64,000 nt of DNA from an uncultured delta proteobacterium (lineage in GTDB: Bacteria; Desulfobacterota; Binatia; UBA9968), in the NCBI GenBank assembly GCA_963755715.1, contig CAVWLW010000051.1:1-64000 (forward strand), written 5' to 3'. Shown here piece after piece: positions 61,041-64,000 of this stretch. The number at the start of each line of letters is the position of its first letter. The first letter of the stretch is position 1. The notes beneath the pieces are model-generated. The model saw only the letters and a program-made list of their open reading frames with translations, did not search any database and was not told where the DNA came from. Both the position numbers and the translations under genes were made by a program.

Positions 61041-61412
61041 ATGCAATCACCGAAACCAACATCGGCGAACGCGGGTTTCACGCTACTTGAGCTCATCGTC
61101 GTCGTAGCTGTGTTAGGTATTCTTGCGGCTATAGCGATCCAGCAGTTCTCGCTCTTTCGCAGCCGTGCCGTGGATGCGTCCATGCGTTCGGATCTCAAGA
61201 ATGGGGCGCTGGCGATGGAAAGTTACTACGGAGAATTTTTGGACTATCCGACGACTCTGAGCGCGATGCAAGTCGTCGGTTATCGAAAAACCAACGGCGT
61301 GACAATGACGATTAACGTGACCTCGCCATCGACCTTCACCTTGAACGCGGCAATGCCGAACGGCACCCAGCCGAGCTTCACTTTCGACAGTACCACTGGT
61401 TTGATCAATTGA
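61041..61412 (+). CDS. Type IVa pilin-like protein
   Basis: Class III signal AG|FTLLELIVVVAVLGILAAIAI with E5. Confidence 0.88.
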   Translation: MQSPKPTSANAGFTLLELIVVVAVLGILAAIAIQQFSLFRSRAVDASMRSDLKNGALAMESYYGEFLDYPTTLSAMQVVGYRKTNGVTMTINVTSPSTFTLNAAMPNGTQPSFTFDSTTGLIN

Positions 61413-61539
61413 CCGGGATGGTCGGGATCCTCGTTGGAAGCCGGCAAAGACAATTGCGGCCTTCAACCGCAGGTTAAACTTTTAGAACTAGGGCGGCGCA
61501 TCAAATTCACGGCTTTCATTCTGCCAATCTCTCCTCGAG

Positions 61540-62277
61540 CTATTTCGGCGTGCGCAGGAAAAATGTCTGGCCAGTCACGAATTTCGTGGCGTCGGAAAGT
61601 AAATAACGCACGAGACCGACGATTTCGAATTTGTGGGTGAGGCCGTCCATCAGCGGTGGAATTTCTTCGCGCTTTTGAAACTGTTCCTCGGTATAACCGA
61701 TTCGCGACATCGGCGTGTCGGTGGCGCCGGGGCAGACGCAGTTGACCGTGATATTGTTGGGCGCCAGTTCAACCGCGAGCGATTTGGTGAAAGCGATTAC
61801 GCCGGCTTTCGACGCCGCATAATGGGCGGAGCGCGGCGCGCCGGCGACCCCTCGGCCTGAAGCGATACTGAGTATGCGGCCCTCTTTTCTCGGCATCATG
61901 TGTTTCGCCGCGGCTTGAGCGCAGAGAAACACTCCCTTCAGATTGATTCTCATCAGCCGGTCCCAGACTTCCTCCGGCATGTCGATCACCGGAATGCGAT
62001 CCATGATACCGGCGCCGCAAAACGCGTAATCGATCTGACCGTATTTAGCGATAGCCTGGCGCATCATCTCGGCGACGCTCTCGGGATCGCCGACATCGAC
62101 TTTGACGGCGATGGCGGCGCCCTTGTTGTCGCGAATCTCCGCCGCGACTTTTTCCGCGGCTTCCTTCGCGTAGTCGGCAACCACAACGTTTACGCCATCC
62201 GTGGCCAAGCCCCTGCAAATATCGGAGCAAATTCCCCCGGCGCCGCCGGTGACAACGATAGTTTTACTCATATTCAA
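61540..62277 (-). CDS. Short-chain dehydrogenase/reductase
   Basis: TGGAGGI, YAASK, VCPG.TDT. Confidence 0.9.
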   Translation of the reverse strand: MNMSKTIVVTGGAGGICSDICRGLATDGVNVVVADYAKEAAEKVAAEIRDNKGAAIAVKVDVGDPESVAEMMRQAIAKYGQIDYAFCGAGIMDRIPVIDMPEEVWDRLMRINLKGVFLCAQAAAKHMMPRKEGRILSIASGRGVAGAPRSAHYAASKAGVIAFTKSLAVELAPNNITVNCVCPGATDTPMSRIGYTEEQFQKREEIPPLMDGLTHKFEIVGLVRYLLSDATKFVTGQTFFLRTPK

Positions 62278-62430
62278 ATACTCCTTAAAAAATGATTTTT
62301 TACTGACGCGCTCACCGGCGTTTAGCGCCGGTCAAACTTTTGCGGGGCGGGTGGTTACGATCATAATTTTTCCGCCAAGCCAATGCCACCCCGACAGTCG
62401 CTGAATGTCTCCAAAGCGTATCGACCTCGC

Positions 62431-63339
62431 TTAATTGATTTTAGCTGCTTCAGTCGGCGCCGCTGACCACCCAGCTTGCTCCGGGCGAATAATCCGCGCG
62501 AGGATTTCCAAGCCGTTCACCAGGCGCGGGCCGGGGCGGCTGAAGTAAGCGCTGCCGTTGAGCGCGTAGACATTGCCTGTTTTCACCGCCGGCAGATCAT
62601 TCCAGCCGTTGAGGTTTCGCAGCGGCGTGGATTCTTTGACAGCGCGGCGCACATCAAAGCCGCAGGGCATCAGCAAGATCACGTCTGGCTTTGCATCGAG
62701 AACGCTTTGCCACTCGATCTTGAACGATGGTTCGCCTTTGCGTCCCAGCGGATCGAAGCCTCCGGCGAGTGTGACTAGCTCAGGTACCCAGTGGCCGGCA
62801 ACGTAGAGCGGCTCAAACCATTCGAGACAAACGACGCGCGGGCGATATTCGGGTTCGCGGATGCCGACTTCGTCTATGCGTCGACGCAGATCCTGGACTA
62901 AATCGTCGGCGGCCGTTTCGCGGCCGGTGGCGGCGCCGACGCGCGAAATGTCTTCGAGGACATCGGACAAGGAGTGCGGATTGAGCGATAGAATCGCGGG
63001 CATGCGCGGCAGCCGTTGCGCAGCTTTGACAACGTCATCGTAGTCGAGGGCACACACGTCGCAAAGTCCTTGTGTCAGGATGACGTCGGGACCGGATGCG
63101 AGGAAAGCGGCTTCGTCGATCGAGTACAAGCCTCTGCCTGCTTGAAGCAATTCGCCGACTCTGCGATCGATCTCCGGGCAGGACAATTGACTCGAATCAA
63201 TGACACTGCGAACGACGACAGGCTTTTGCTTTGCCTCGTGGGGATAGTCGCACTCGTGGGTCACGCCGACGATCTGATCGCCGAGGCCGAGCAAATAAGC
63301 GATCTCCGTCGCGCCGGGCAGCAAGGAACAGATTCGCAT
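62431..63339 (-). CDS. BtuF/FecB-like cobalamin/iron-binding protein
   Basis: MRICSLLPGATEI, VTHECDYP, TQGLCDVC, FSRPGPRL; no signal peptide. Confidence 0.85.
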   Translation of the reverse strand: MRICSLLPGATEIAYLLGLGDQIVGVTHECDYPHEAKQKPVVVRSVIDSSQLSCPEIDRRVGELLQAGRGLYSIDEAAFLASGPDVILTQGLCDVCALDYDDVVKAAQRLPRMPAILSLNPHSLSDVLEDISRVGAATGRETAADDLVQDLRRRIDEVGIREPEYRPRVVCLEWFEPLYVAGHWVPELVTLAGGFDPLGRKGEPSFKIEWQSVLDAKPDVILLMPCGFDVRRAVKESTPLRNLNGWNDLPAVKTGNVYALNGSAYFSRPGPRLVNGLEILARIIRPEQAGWSAAPTEAAKIN

Positions 63340-63461
63340 GCGTGTATGATTAGCTTAAGTCCGTTGATTATGCCACTGCGTGATCTCGATGCGTCAGCCT
63401 TTCCGCTCGTGGAAATTCTTTGGCTAATGGGAAGATCCGCGCGAATGCGCGGGGCTACGGC

Positions 63462-64000
63462 TCAATCCACGCTCGTCAGCGGTTTTAGTTCGCGCCTGCC
63501 CACGCGCGCCACGCCACTTGCCGTGACGATCACATGCTCGCCGATTTGTACGACGCGGTTTTCCCTCATCACGTCTTGCACGGCATTTCGCTTCATGCGG
63601 AGGGCGGGTTTGAAGTCAAAAGTCATCCCGGGCGCGATGATAATATCGGATTCTCCTCTGGAATTGGCTGGACCGAGCCGGGGACGAGAAAGGTTGGCGA
63701 TGCCGCTTGAATGGAGCACGACGCCGGAGCGGTCTTCGGCGTCGGATTTTTCGACCAGCGCCGCGTAATAGTCTACCAGCTCGCCGCAGGTGGTTTTGCC
63801 AGGCACAATAGAAGCGACGCAGTCGTGGAACAGTTTGATCGCCGTCGCCATCGCGGCTCGATAATATTCGTAGCCGGGAGTTTTGGTTCCGCCGACGAAG
63901 ATCGAGTGATTGACCTGAGCCCGGTAGCCTTGCGCCGTAGCGTCGATTTCCTCGCTGATGATTTGCCCCTCTTTCAGCGGGTCGTCGGTCGGCGCTCCCA
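63462..64000 (-). CDS. M24 (pita-bread fold) peptidase/creatinase-like protein, 5' end outside the window
   Basis: Open frame to the window edge: LKEGQIISEEI...GYRAQ...IFVG, PG, LHSSG, PGMTF..KP, GEHVIVT..G. Confidence 0.75.
   Translation of the reverse strand, partial: GAPTDDPLKEGQIISEEIDATAQGYRAQVNHSIFVGGTKTPGYEYYRAAMATAIKLFHDCVASIVPGKTTCGELVDYYAALVEKSDAEDRSGVVLHSSGIANLSRPRLGPANSRGESDIIIAPGMTFDFKPALRMKRNAVQDVMRENRVVQIGEHVIVTASGVARVGRRELKPLTSVD

Noticed and set aside
56320-63339. Ethanolamine utilisation (eut) locus linked to the BtuF-like gene
   Set aside because: No eutBC or shell genes. The BtuF-like gene is on the opposite strand and separated by unrelated genes.

Overview
GC-rich bacterial chromosomal segment. 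Gene content (rimP-nusA-ylxR-infB-DUF503-rbfA-truB, GTP-type PEPCK, NtrBC, orphan NMT1/SsuA binding proteins, UbiD) suggests a deltaproteobacteria-like lineage such as Ca. Binatia; this is inference only. From left to right it contains: (1) 0.2-6.9 kb, a partner-switching module with three STAS proteins, an RsbW-like kinase, a HAMP-SpoIIE phosphatase, a periplasmic binding protein and an MBL hydrolase fused to a degenerate HATPase-like domain, interrupted by a deletion scar joining Ivy-like and oxidoreductase remnants; (2) 7.1-15.1 kb, a W/Mo redox cluster (fused NuoEF, FeS subunit, formate dehydrogenase, MobA-MoaD fusion, AOR, and a 59-aa ORF missing from the ORF track); (3) housekeeping genes (queF, dnaB with tandem DnaA boxes, a LigE-like ligase, thiE, ntrBC, the infB operon, pckG); (4) a three-gene Co-type thiocyanate-hydrolase/nitrile-hydratase-like set; (5) assorted metabolic genes; (6) 51.5-60.8 kb, an uncharacterised co-oriented cluster of three heme-oxygenase-like di-iron (CADD/PqqC-like) proteins, an orphan His-tailed EutA-like ATPase, a bicupin, a DapA-like aldolase, a dihydroxyphthalate-decarboxylase-like protein and two binding proteins, which is the best candidate for an undescribed system; (7) an aromatic-rich type IVa pilin, an SDR, a BtuF-like protein and a partial M24 gene. 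Nine small indels split eight genes and are probably long-read errors. No rRNA, tRNA, CRISPR array or transposase was recognised. All calls come from motif recognition by eye; no searches were run.
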